The notes below the pieces were generated by a model. It did not search any database. It was not told the origin of the DNA and worked only from the letters and a program-made list of their open reading frames with translations. The translations under genes and the position numbers were made by a program. From Bacteroidia bacterium (GTDB lineage Bacteria; Bacteroidota; Bacteroidia; Palsa-965), in NCBI GenBank assembly GCA_044448685.1, contig JBIOHC010000012.1, forward strand, positions 15,077 to 79,076: a stretch of 64,000 nt of DNA. Direction: 5' to 3'. This document shows positions 31,214 through 40,118 of the stretch, piece after piece (positions within the stretch are counted from its first letter, which is position 1; each line of letters begins with the position of its first letter).

Positions 31214-31697
31214 GATTGAACAACCCACCTCCGGCATTATTTTCCATTCGTGTGCTTTGTTTACGGTCGACCGGAATTTTTTTGCGGAGCAGGAATTTAC
31301 CTGCCTTCAGATTTCCTTTTATTTCAATTTCGGCATTCTTTTTTGAGAAAAGACTGATCATGCCGGCCAATCCATCCTCCTTCAGTTTATCAAATGATGT
31401 TTTGATTGTAAAAGTATAGACCTCATCCGAGTGCGCTTTAATATGGGTTCTTTTAGCTATGCGTGCTGTTCCAAGATCCGCTCCTCCCAGTTTGATCCGG
31501 AAGGAAGAACGGTAAATTGAAAATCCGTAAGAGTTGGGATTATTGATCTTCATACCCAATTCCAGTTCCAGTCCATTCGTGGTTATTTTATTAATCTTTA
31601 GTCCGCTGATCTGGCCTAAGGTCACTTCCTTGTATTTGCAGGAAGCTGTGAAAATGAGAATGGAAAGAAAGAGGAAGATGTTTTTTTTCATATTCAA
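31206..31697 (-). CDS. LEA type 2 (WHy-domain) lipoprotein
   Basis: Lipobox FTASC; INNPNSYGFSI motif. Start may be 31691. Confidence 0.75.
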   Translation of the reverse strand: MNMKKNIFLFLSILIFTASCKYKEVTLGQISGLKINKITTNGLELELGMKINNPNSYGFSIYRSSFRIKLGGADLGTARIAKRTHIKAHSDEVYTFTIKTSFDKLKEDGLAGMISLFSKKNAEIEIKGNLKAGKFLLRKKIPVDRKQSTRMENNAGGGLFNLN

Positions 31698-31726
31698 TGA
31701 CTCAGATATTTTTTAAAAATAGCTAA

Positions 31727-32374
31727 TTAATCCGGAGTTTGTATTTCCACCCCTACAAACCTCCCCTGGTGACCGAAACTTTGCCGGCCGGGTTTGATGC
31801 TGATACGATTGGCTTGTATCCGGAAGTGTTTGACAAGCAAATAGCGTATCATACTGGCTCTTGCCAGCATAAGATCACGGGTGAGAGCGGGTTTTCCATT
31901 CAGTGTGGCGGGATAGTTCATAACGAATTCATCATCTCCGAAGGGTGCCCCCTTATCACCCGGATCTGTTCCTGTATTACCCGTCAGTGTCAAAGCAACA
32001 GCAGGATTGGAATGCATATACCGGGCCAGGGTTTTTAGTTTGGAGAGGGTATCTGTCAGATCTATTAAGGAATCGGAATTGGGATGAAATTGTACGCGGA
32101 GACTGGAGGGGATATGCCTGTACAGGCTTGAGCAGGACGACGAAGTAAGCTGAAAATGCCGGAAATATTTACTCCTCAGGGCTCCGGTCCTGTTCATGAA
32201 GCGGCTTCCGGAAAAAGAATCCAGGTGAAGGGGTGTGACTCTTCTTTTATGCTGGAACTGATTCCTGTTTCCTGAAGGGTTATCAGTAAAAGAGAAACAG
32301 AAACGGGATTCAGACCGGACATAATCTGAAAGATACAGAAATAAAATAAAGGTTAGCAACCGGGGCATGCCCAT
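31727..32374 (-). CDS. Hypothetical protein with a divergent OmpA-like C-terminal domain
   Basis: VQF..NS, LARYMHSNPAVALTLTGN, LMLARASMIRYLL...IQANRI resemble the OmpA_C fold. The N-terminal half looks atypical. Confidence 0.45.
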   Translation of the reverse strand: MGMPRLLTFILFLYLSDYVRSESRFCFSFTDNPSGNRNQFQHKRRVTPLHLDSFSGSRFMNRTGALRSKYFRHFQLTSSSCSSLYRHIPSSLRVQFHPNSDSLIDLTDTLSKLKTLARYMHSNPAVALTLTGNTGTDPGDKGAPFGDDEFVMNYPATLNGKPALTRDLMLARASMIRYLLVKHFRIQANRISIKPGRQSFGHQGRFVGVEIQTPD

Positions 32375-32473
32375 GGATCTTCTTTGGGAATCCGGAGCAA
32401 AAGCAATGCCAGGGGAGGAAAAGGCACGGAAACTAATCAGGTTCTAATTGCACCTGATTCGTTTCATGCAGCG

Positions 32474-33850
32474 TTATTTCTTTTTACTGTATTCAGCAAA
32501 ATATTTGTAGAACAAGGGTATGGTTTCAATTCCTTTCAGATAATTGAATACGCCATAATGCTCATTGGGACTGTGAATAGCATCAGAATCCAGTCCGAAT
32601 CCCATCAGGATCGATTTTAATCCAAGTACCTCCTCGAATAAAGCTACAATCGGAATACTTCCGCCTTCGCGCGCAGGAATTGGTTTTTTACCGAAGCTTT
32701 GTTCCATTGCCATACTCGCAGCTTTATAGGCTATTGTATCTGTAGGAACTACTACCGGGTTGCCTCCATGGTGGGGGCGGACAACAACTTTTACAGAAGC
32801 CGGAGCTATGCTTTCAAAATGCTTTTGAAAAAGAGCGGTAATGGTATCACTGTCCTGGCCCGGTACCAGACGCATGGAAATTTTTGCACAGGCTTTGGAA
32901 GGAAGCACCGTTTTGGCTCCTTCTCCTGTATACCCTCCCCAGATGCCATTCACATCAAGTGTCGGTCGGATTGAAGTGCGTTCACGTGTCGTATATCCTT
33001 TTTCACCCCATACATCGCCAATATCCAGGTGTTTTTTATAATCATCCAGGTTAAAAGGCGCCTTGTTCATTTCATCCCTTTCTTCTTTTGTCAAAGCCTT
33101 CACACCATCATAAAAACCAGGAATGGTAATATGGTTGTCTGCATCATGCAGCGAGGCTATCATTTTACAGAGTATATTAATCGGGTTGGCAACAGCCCCT
33201 CCGTATACGCCTGAGTGTAAATCGATATTAGGTCCTGTTACCTCCACTTCCACATAGGTGAGACCTCTCAAACCAACAGTTATGGAAGGAGTGTCATTGG
33301 CCAGGATGGAGGTGTCGGAAATAAGGATGACGTCAGCTTTGAGTTTTTCTTTGTTTTTCCGGATAAAGGGGCCCAGGTTGGATGAACCGATTTCTTCTTC
33401 CCCTTCAATCATGAATTTGATATTACAGGACAGGGTTCCTGTCTGCATCATGAGTTCGAAGGCTTTCACATGCATAAACATCTGCCCCTTATCATCACAG
33501 GATCCACGTGCATAAATCCGTCCTTCTCTGATTTCGGGTTCAAAAGGAGGGCTGGTCCATAGTTCTATAGGATCGGCCGGTTGTACATCATAATGTCCGT
33601 AAACGAGTACTGTCGGAAGACCGGGGTCAATGATCTTGTCTCCGTAAACCATCGGATGCCCTCCCGTAGGCATAATTTCCACATGTTCAGCTCCTGCGGC
33701 GATGAGTTTCTCTTTTACCGCTTCAGCTGTGCGGACTACATCACCTGCATATTTAGGATCGGCACTCACAGAAGGGATACGCAGCAATCCGAATAGTTCA
33801 TCAAGAAAACGTTGCTGATTGTTGTGGATGTAATCTTTAATTGTTTGCAT
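32474..33850 (-). CDS. M20-family dipeptidase
   Basis: YGHYDVQP, ARGSCDDKG, EGEEEIGS, DLHSG, GGSIP, HSPNE. Confidence 0.92.
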   Translation of the reverse strand: MQTIKDYIHNNQQRFLDELFGLLRIPSVSADPKYAGDVVRTAEAVKEKLIAAGAEHVEIMPTGGHPMVYGDKIIDPGLPTVLVYGHYDVQPADPIELWTSPPFEPEIREGRIYARGSCDDKGQMFMHVKAFELMMQTGTLSCNIKFMIEGEEEIGSSNLGPFIRKNKEKLKADVILISDTSILANDTPSITVGLRGLTYVEVEVTGPNIDLHSGVYGGAVANPINILCKMIASLHDADNHITIPGFYDGVKALTKEERDEMNKAPFNLDDYKKHLDIGDVWGEKGYTTRERTSIRPTLDVNGIWGGYTGEGAKTVLPSKACAKISMRLVPGQDSDTITALFQKHFESIAPASVKVVVRPHHGGNPVVVPTDTIAYKAASMAMEQSFGKKPIPAREGGSIPIVALFEEVLGLKSILMGFGLDSDAIHSPNEHYGVFNYLKGIETIPLFYKYFAEYSKKK

Positions 33851-34054
33851 AGGTGATGAGGTTAGATGTGGCTTCCGGTGTTTAAGCAGGAGCCGTTAAT
33901 ATCTGCTTAGAAGGGTCAAAGATGCGCAATAATTCCTTATCTGCCATGGGGCTGGGACCTCATACCAATATTTTTCAACGATTGATTGAATCAGTTAATG
34001 ACTTGGATCATTATCTCAGCATAAGAGGAAAATCCGGCCAACAAAGAAGATTCT

Positions 34055-34321
34055 GGAATAACACGTGACACACTTAATGACCTGGCAAAAGAGCGGGGTT
34101 TAAAAGTGGAAGAAGGAAAATATCTTCCGGCAGAACTGATGAAAGCCGGGTACGCATTTTTCTGCGGAACTGCAGCTGAGGTAGCTGGTATTGAGTCAGT
34201 TAATCGTATCCCTTTCCGGACGAACTGAAACAAAACGCAGGGATATGCCCTGCAGAAAGCTTACATGGAGAGGGTAGCTGAACAAAGCATTCGAAAAATT
34301 AAGCCCTTTCGGGAAGATTGA
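34055..34321 (+). pseudogene. ilvE: 3'-terminal remnant of a branched-chain amino-acid aminotransferase (IlvE, class IV)
   Basis: Own translation: GITRDTLNDLAKERGLKVEEGKYLPAELMKAGYAFFCGTAAEVAGIESVNRIPFRTN*NKTQGYALQKAY. GITR and FFCGTAAEV motifs present; in-frame TGA at 34226; no start codon or N-terminal two-thirds. Confidence 0.8.
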
Positions 34322-34456
34322 ATTTTCAAAGTCAGGTCTGGTTACTGTTACACGCCATAAGGCAGACTTTTGACAGGACAACACCCGTCCTGATTCGGGA
34401 TCGGATAATACGGAGAGGGGAGATTAAAAAAAGCTGATCATAAATAGAATATCAGC

Positions 34457-34488
34457 TACGTATAAGTACCTAGGAAAAATACGTATTT
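34457..34488. promoter_or_regulatory. Candidate regulator site: two TACGTAT boxes 23 bp apart
   Basis: tacgtat at 34457 and 34480; the second lies in the perfect palindrome aaatacgtattt. Confidence 0.35.
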
Positions 34489-34544
34489 ATCAATTACTTA
34501 AGAATGCCGGAATCATTATAATGAAATTAGTAGTTTGTCAATGA

Positions 34545-34785
34545 AATCAATATGTTCGACTCATAAGACAGGGTAATTAAGGGCTTCCGAACAGAAAGAA
34601 TAGAGCCTAAGAGAGTTTGATTTCAGACAATATTAGAACCAAATTTGCGTATGTATTAATAGTCACACCGCTGAAAGGAATAACCCTCCTGAATCAACAC
34701 TTACCCCCGTTGATCACCGAGTAGGCAAAAATGTCTGTAGTTGGATTAACTTACTCATCCGGTGGAGATCGGGTGAGTTTTTTTT
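34545..34785 (+). ncRNA. Candidate small RNA convergent with gpmI; 5' end uncertain
   Basis: No credible ORF. Hairpins tatg-ttcgact-cata, atcaac/gttgat and taggca/tgtctg; ends in a + strand terminator that has no + strand gene to serve. Confidence 0.4.
34753..34785 (+). terminator. Intrinsic terminator on the + strand
   Basis: actcatccggt-ggag-atcgggtgagt (G-U pairs only in the + transcript) followed by a T run. Confidence 0.75.
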
Positions 34786-34791
34786 GCCCCC

Positions 34792-36312
34792 TCAGACTAA
34801 TATATTTCCATTCATTTCTGCTGGTATTTCTATGCCCATGATATGCAGTATTGTGGGAGCAAGATCGCCTAGTTTCCCGCTCTTAATTGCCTTATAATCA
34901 GGATCTATTAATATACATGGAACAGGATTCATACTGTGTGCGGTATGGGGTGTTCCATCCGGATTAATCATATAATCTGCATTCCCGTGATCTGCAATAA
35001 TGATAAAGGAATAACCGCTTTTTTCTCCTGATTCCACAATACGTTTAACACATGTATCGACACATTCCAGGGCCTTAATCACTGCTTTTAATACCCCTGT
35101 ATGCCCAACCATATCCGCATTTGCAAAATTCAGACAGACGAAATCCGTTTTTCCTTCATTCAGAACAGGCAGGATAGCCCGGGTAATCAATTCTGCACTC
35201 ATCTCCGGCTGCAAATCATATGTGGCTACCTTAGGCGAGGGTATCAATATTCGCTCTTCTCCGGTAAATACTTTTTCCCTGCCCCCGTTAAAGAAAAAAG
35301 TAACATGGGGGTATTTCTCAGTCTCCGCAATCCGGATCTGGGAACGTCCATTATTTGAAAGTACTTCCCCCAGGGTTTGGTTCAGATTATCTTTTTCATA
35401 CAATACTTTGATTCCCTTGAATTTTTCATCATAGGCTGTCATGGTCACATAATAAAGCGGGATTGTTTTCATCCCATACTCGGCCATATCCTCCTGGGTC
35501 AGAACCTGGGTAATTTCCCTGCACCTGTCTGTACGGAAGTTGAAACAAATAACGACATCCCCTTCCTTCAGAAGTGCCAGAGGTTGATCCGCTTCATTTG
35601 TAATAATTGCAGGTTGTATGAATTCATCCGTTACATTATCAGCATAGGAAGCTTTGATAGCATCAGCGGCAGTGTGGTATTTCCTCCCGGTTCCTTTTGT
35701 CAGCATATCATAGGCAAGTCTTACACGTTCCCATCGCTTATCCCTGTCCATCGCATAATACCGTCCTACAATGCTGGCAATACGCGCAGAAAGCGGGTGG
35801 ATATGTGCTTCCAGTTTTTCAATAAACCCTGCTCCGCTGTGAGGATCTGTGTCACGCCCATCGGTAAAGGCATGTATGAATACCTGTTGAAGACCTTGCT
35901 CCTGCGCAATATCGCATAGTTTATGCAGATGTTCCTGAGAGGCATGAACACCTCCGTCAGATACAAGGCCCATCAGATGAACCGCTTTGTTGTTTTTCCG
36001 GGCATAATCAAATGCAGCAAGCAACGCTGTGTTCTTACCCAGCTTTCCTTCTCTTGCTTCTTTATTAATCCTGACCAGATCCTGATATACAACCCGTCCG
36101 GCACCTATGTTCATATGTCCCACTTCACTGTTGCCCATCTGTCCTTCCGGCAAGCCGACCTGCTCCCCAAACGTACAAAGCGTGCTTGAAGGATGATTTT
36201 TCAGGAGCTGTCGGAAAAAAGGAATATTGGCTTGTGCCATGGCATCTGAATGAGATCCGTCACCAAGGCCCCATCCATCCAATATAAGAAGTGCAAGTTT
36301 TTTTGTATTCAT
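34792..36312 (-). CDS. gpmI: 2,3-bisphosphoglycerate-independent phosphoglycerate mutase
   Basis: LLILDGWG, QMGNSEVGH, SDGGVH, AETEKYPHVTFF, DMVGHTG, ADHGNA. Confidence 0.97.
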   Translation of the reverse strand: MNTKKLALLILDGWGLGDGSHSDAMAQANIPFFRQLLKNHPSSTLCTFGEQVGLPEGQMGNSEVGHMNIGAGRVVYQDLVRINKEAREGKLGKNTALLAAFDYARKNNKAVHLMGLVSDGGVHASQEHLHKLCDIAQEQGLQQVFIHAFTDGRDTDPHSGAGFIEKLEAHIHPLSARIASIVGRYYAMDRDKRWERVRLAYDMLTKGTGRKYHTAADAIKASYADNVTDEFIQPAIITNEADQPLALLKEGDVVICFNFRTDRCREITQVLTQEDMAEYGMKTIPLYYVTMTAYDEKFKGIKVLYEKDNLNQTLGEVLSNNGRSQIRIAETEKYPHVTFFFNGGREKVFTGEERILIPSPKVATYDLQPEMSAELITRAILPVLNEGKTDFVCLNFANADMVGHTGVLKAVIKALECVDTCVKRIVESGEKSGYSFIIIADHGNADYMINPDGTPHTAHSMNPVPCILIDPDYKAIKSGKLGDLAPTILHIMGIEIPAEMNGNILV

Positions 36313-37295
36313 AAGGCAGTGGGTAAAACGAATTCAAAGATAGTGCCTTTCGGAAGATTATTTTTTACTGTCAGTGTTCCGCCATGCAGTTCACTCAGGT
36401 AGCTGGCAATATACAAGCCCAGTCCGGTACCACGCGTGCTTCTTGTTTCTTCATTCCCGGCCCGGTAAAATTTTTTGAAAATCAAACTCTTGTCTGTTTC
36501 ACTGATCCCTATACCCTCATCGGTAACGGACAGCCTGATAAGCTGTTTGTCACGACTGAGGTTTACCAATACCAATGTTCCCGGGTCAGAATATTTCAAT
36601 GCATTTTCACAAAGATTCAGGAGAATGGATGGAAAACTGAACCTGTCAATATCAGCTGTTATGCCTTTTTGTGACCTGACTTCGATGTTCCGTCCGGGAT
36701 GCTGGCTGCGGAACTTTTCCATAAGTGACTCAATGACTTCACTCAAATCAGTGTTTTCTTTGTGGAGCCGGAATGAGCTGTCATCTATTCTTGCCGCGAG
36801 CAGGATATTTTCCACAAGGGCATTCAGCCGGTCAATATCCGACATGGCTCCCTGGATGATCTGCTGTTGTTTGGGTTTATCAAGTTCGCGTACCGCAAGT
36901 GTCTCCATTTGTAACCGGGCAGAAGCCAGTGGAGAGCGCAATTCATGCGTGATGCTGAGAATAAAATTCTTTTGCTGCTTGTTCAATGCATGTTCCTTTC
37001 GGAAAGAAGAACGGGTAACGAAGATCCCGGAAATAAGCAATACAAAAAAGACCGTACCTTCTCCTGTTATCATGGCCCTGCGTATATGCAGCTTACTCTC
37101 GAGATCATTCCCCAGCCGTGTTGTTTCAGCCGGGCCTGATGATTTAAACATGTTTAGCTCAGTTTTCAGATGATAAATTTCAGTATCAAGAGAAAACAAC
37201 AGGTAAGACCACCAGCAGAATTGCACAACCACATAGGCCACAAGGACATAAAAGCCCAATAAGGGTCTGTTTTTTTTACGGGGAGTACGTAACAT
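36309..37295 (-). CDS. Membrane sensor histidine kinase (HisKA + HATPase), no adjacent response regulator
   Basis: Two TMs; H-box ITHELRSP; N-box ENALKYS; DEGIGI; GTGLGL. 4-bp overlap with gpmI. Confidence 0.92.
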   Translation of the reverse strand: MLRTPRKKNRPLLGFYVLVAYVVVQFCWWSYLLFSLDTEIYHLKTELNMFKSSGPAETTRLGNDLESKLHIRRAMITGEGTVFFVLLISGIFVTRSSFRKEHALNKQQKNFILSITHELRSPLASARLQMETLAVRELDKPKQQQIIQGAMSDIDRLNALVENILLAARIDDSSFRLHKENTDLSEVIESLMEKFRSQHPGRNIEVRSQKGITADIDRFSFPSILLNLCENALKYSDPGTLVLVNLSRDKQLIRLSVTDEGIGISETDKSLIFKKFYRAGNEETRSTRGTGLGLYIASYLSELHGGTLTVKNNLPKGTIFEFVLPTAL

Positions 37296-37300
37296 GCCTG

Positions 37301-37308
37301 CAAAGTTA
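37301..37308 (-). promoter_or_regulatory. -7 box TAACTTTG for the kinase-gpmI unit (possibly leaderless)
   Basis: caaagtta on the + strand, only 5 nt upstream of the ATG. Confidence 0.5.
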
Positions 37309-37423
37309 GTTTTTTAGAGTTTTAACTAAAACCCCGGCCTTTGACCCGGATTTCGAATAAATTATTTACTTTAGGACCTTCTAGAACCTAATTTTTTGCA
37401 CGACTAACTTTAAAATCCTGGAA

Positions 37424-39040
37424 ATGAGAAAATTCATTACCTTTTTTGTGTCATTATCAGCCGTTATAAGCCTTGAACACGGAACCTGTACAGCCCAATC
37501 TGCTGCCCCCTCAACTGTGGCTCCTTTATTTGCAAATGATATAACCATTGAGCCAAATAGTCTGGCCAACCAACGGCATGTAAGGGTTGCAGCTGCATAC
37601 AATGGCTGGATGTTTGCCGCTTATATTGTTAATGACTCTGCATCCGGAAAAGGTGGTGTGGTTGTTCGTTATTCAAAAAACTGGGGTATCAATTGGATGC
37701 CTTTCAATAACTACCCTTATTACCGGCATTCACAATACAAGGCCTGTGATATTACCATTACAGGTTCGGATTCCAACCACCTCAATGTATTTATTGGTGA
37801 TGTAAGAAAAGATCTGACTACCCATAAATATGAGGTTGAGGTTCAACGTTACAATGCCTATCATACGGCTTATGCACCGGTACCCGTATTTTTCAAGCAA
37901 CTGGATTCAAATGCAGTGTATGATATGGCCCTGGCAAACGATTTTCATGAACCCTTTGCCAAAGATTCATTGTATAGCTTAGGCCTTGCTTATTCCCACA
38001 AAGGGGCAGGCAAAGACTCCATGCTGTTTGTGACAACAGAAAAAAAGCTGGGTGATAAATTTGGTAAGCCGGCCCTTGTAGGCCTTGCCAATCATTTGGG
38101 AAAAGTATCCCTGGCTTATATGCACAGTGCTTCCTCTAAAGGAGCCTATGCTGCTGCCTGGGAGGCATTTGATACGATAACTGCCACTTATGGGCATGTT
38201 CAGTATGCAAGAACCATTAAGAATCTGGATTCGGCCTGGACTATGCCGGTAAAGCTTGATACCCTTGTTCCTGCCACGGCCAACAAAACCAGGAGCCCGA
38301 GTATTGCCTGTCAGAATAATGCTACTGATAATGACAGCACGGATGTAACGGCCGCTGTAACGTTCGACTGTTTTAACGGAACAGACAAGGATATTCTGGG
38401 TTACTATAACAAACGGGCAGATTCAACCAATATCTGGAATTCTTTTTCCGTTATCAGCACGGCAAATAATGAAATAGAGTCGAATATTATTTATGATGCA
38501 GTGGCGAACAAGTTCGCAGTTACCTATTACGACTCCACAACAGGTGGACTTGTGTATGCCAACCAGGGAGCGCTTCTTCCTACCCCGAATGCCTGGAATG
38601 TTGTCAGCTTGCAATACAACAATAACACCACCAATTTGAAAGCCCCCTGGCCACGTGTGGTAATGAATGCGGTTACCAATAAGGCATTCTTCTCCTGGGT
38701 TATGGATCCATCCAGTCATGATGGAGTAGTGCTTTGTGACGGAGAATACCTGTTTACAGGTATTGCTGAGCAAGAGATGGAAGGGTTGGTAATTGCCAGT
38801 CTGTATCCTAATCCGGCCAATAACAGCGCTGTGCTCCCCGTTTCATCCGATAAAGCCATGAATGTGCAAATCTCTTTATTCAATACCATGGGTCAGCTCA
38901 TCAGTTCATCAAAGGAGTACCTTGGTGGCGGTGAACAGCTTCTTCTGATCAATACCTCCTTATGTGCTCCGGGGGTCTATTTATGCAGACTGGAAACTTC
39001 AGGAACGGTTATTACCCGTCGTCTTGTTGTTGAACACTAA
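37424..39040 (+). CDS. Secreted protein with a T9SS type A C-terminal sorting domain
   Basis: Signal peptide; Asp-box-like YSKNWGINW; CTD LYPNPA...LFNTMGQ...GVYLCRL...TRRLVV. Confidence 0.85.
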   Translation: MRKFITFFVSLSAVISLEHGTCTAQSAAPSTVAPLFANDITIEPNSLANQRHVRVAAAYNGWMFAAYIVNDSASGKGGVVVRYSKNWGINWMPFNNYPYYRHSQYKACDITITGSDSNHLNVFIGDVRKDLTTHKYEVEVQRYNAYHTAYAPVPVFFKQLDSNAVYDMALANDFHEPFAKDSLYSLGLAYSHKGAGKDSMLFVTTEKKLGDKFGKPALVGLANHLGKVSLAYMHSASSKGAYAAAWEAFDTITATYGHVQYARTIKNLDSAWTMPVKLDTLVPATANKTRSPSIACQNNATDNDSTDVTAAVTFDCFNGTDKDILGYYNKRADSTNIWNSFSVISTANNEIESNIIYDAVANKFAVTYYDSTTGGLVYANQGALLPTPNAWNVVSLQYNNNTTNLKAPWPRVVMNAVTNKAFFSWVMDPSSHDGVVLCDGEYLFTGIAEQEMEGLVIASLYPNPANNSAVLPVSSDKAMNVQISLFNTMGQLISSSKEYLGGGEQLLLINTSLCAPGVYLCRLETSGTVITRRLVVEH

Positions 39041-39057
39041 AAAAAATTCGAATGAAG

Positions 39058-39096
39058 AATACAAAACCGGGAGCAGACTTCCGGTTTTGTATTTTT
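39058..39096 (+). terminator. Intrinsic terminator after the T9SS cargo gene
   Basis: aatacaaaaccgggag-caga-cttccggttttgtatt plus T run. Confidence 0.75.
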
Positions 39097-39124
39097 AACT
39101 CACATGTTTAATACAGGATCAACA

Positions 39125-40060
39125 ATGAAAGCACATTGTATACTCGTACACGGAGGGGCTGGCACCATTCTGAAGAGCAACATGACACCGGAGCTGGAAA
39201 CCCGATACCGTCAGGCTCTTCATAGAGCACTGGAAGAGGGAGATAAGTTACTGGACAAGGGAGGTTCAGCTATTGATGCCGTAGAGGCAGCAGTTATGAT
39301 ACTGGAAGATCACCCTTTGTTTAATGCCGGCAAAGGAAGTGTGTTTACACACGAAGGAAAGAATGAAATGGATGCCTCCATCATGTGTGGAAAAACCCTG
39401 AAAGCAGGTGCTGTTACCGGCCTGATGCATGTAAAGAACCCGGTACACCTGGCAAGAGAGGTGATGGAGCATTCAGAACATGTGTTTTTATGCGGAAGCG
39501 GTGCAGAGGAATTTGCAGGAAGCCGGAATCTGAAGCTGGAACCTGAATCCTATTTCTTCACTGAGGAACGTTATAACCAGCTGATGGCAATACGCGACAC
39601 TGGAAAAACCCAGCTTGATCATACGGATAAACCATCGGAAAAAAAATTCGGGACGGTGGGTGCCGTTGCAATAGATAAAGAGGGCAACCTGGCCGCGTGT
39701 ACGTCAACAGGAGGAATGACGAACAAAAGGTATGGAAGGGTAGGGGATACGCCTATGATCGGTGCAGGAACATATGCGAATAATAATTCCTGTGCGGTAT
39801 CTTGTACCGGTCATGGTGAATTATTCATTCGTGCCGTAGTGGCCCATGATGTTTCCTGCCTGATGGAGTATGGACATAAAACTTTGAGAGAGGCTTGTGA
39901 AGAAGTGGTGAATATCAAGCTTGTTAATTTGGGAGGGGAAGGCGGACTGATAGCCATAGACCGTCAGGGTAATGCAGAGCTGGTATTCAATTCAGAAGGT
40001 ATGTACAGGGGCATGAAGAAAGCGGGAGGAGACTTTGAAATAGAAATTTATAAAGACTAA
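39125..40060 (+). CDS. iaaA: Isoaspartyl dipeptidase / L-asparaginase (Ntn hydrolase)
   Basis: HGGAG, LEDHPLFNAGKG, EMDASIM, nucleophile GTVGAVA, STGG, GRVGD, TGHGE. Alternative start 39104. Confidence 0.92.
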   Translation: MKAHCILVHGGAGTILKSNMTPELETRYRQALHRALEEGDKLLDKGGSAIDAVEAAVMILEDHPLFNAGKGSVFTHEGKNEMDASIMCGKTLKAGAVTGLMHVKNPVHLAREVMEHSEHVFLCGSGAEEFAGSRNLKLEPESYFFTEERYNQLMAIRDTGKTQLDHTDKPSEKKFGTVGAVAIDKEGNLAACTSTGGMTNKRYGRVGDTPMIGAGTYANNNSCAVSCTGHGELFIRAVVAHDVSCLMEYGHKTLREACEEVVNIKLVNLGGEGGLIAIDRQGNAELVFNSEGMYRGMKKAGGDFEIEIYKD

Positions 40061-40064
40061 AAAA

Positions 40065-40118
40065 AGAGCGTAGAAACAGTGCTGCCCCCTGTTTCTACGC
40101 TCTACGCTCTACGCTCTA
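40065..40118. repeat. 15-bp inverted repeat plus TCTACGC x3 between convergent iaaA and cphB
   Basis: agagcgtagaaacag-tgctgcccc-ctgtttctacgctct, with tctacgc repeated at 40094, 40101 and 40108. The cphB stop codon lies in the last partial unit. Confidence 0.8.

Noticed and set aside
34226-34228. In-frame TGA in the ilvE fragment as recoding (Trp or Sec)
   Set aside because: TGA is a normal stop for many genes here, and the fragment also lacks its 5' two-thirds, so it is a pseudogene.
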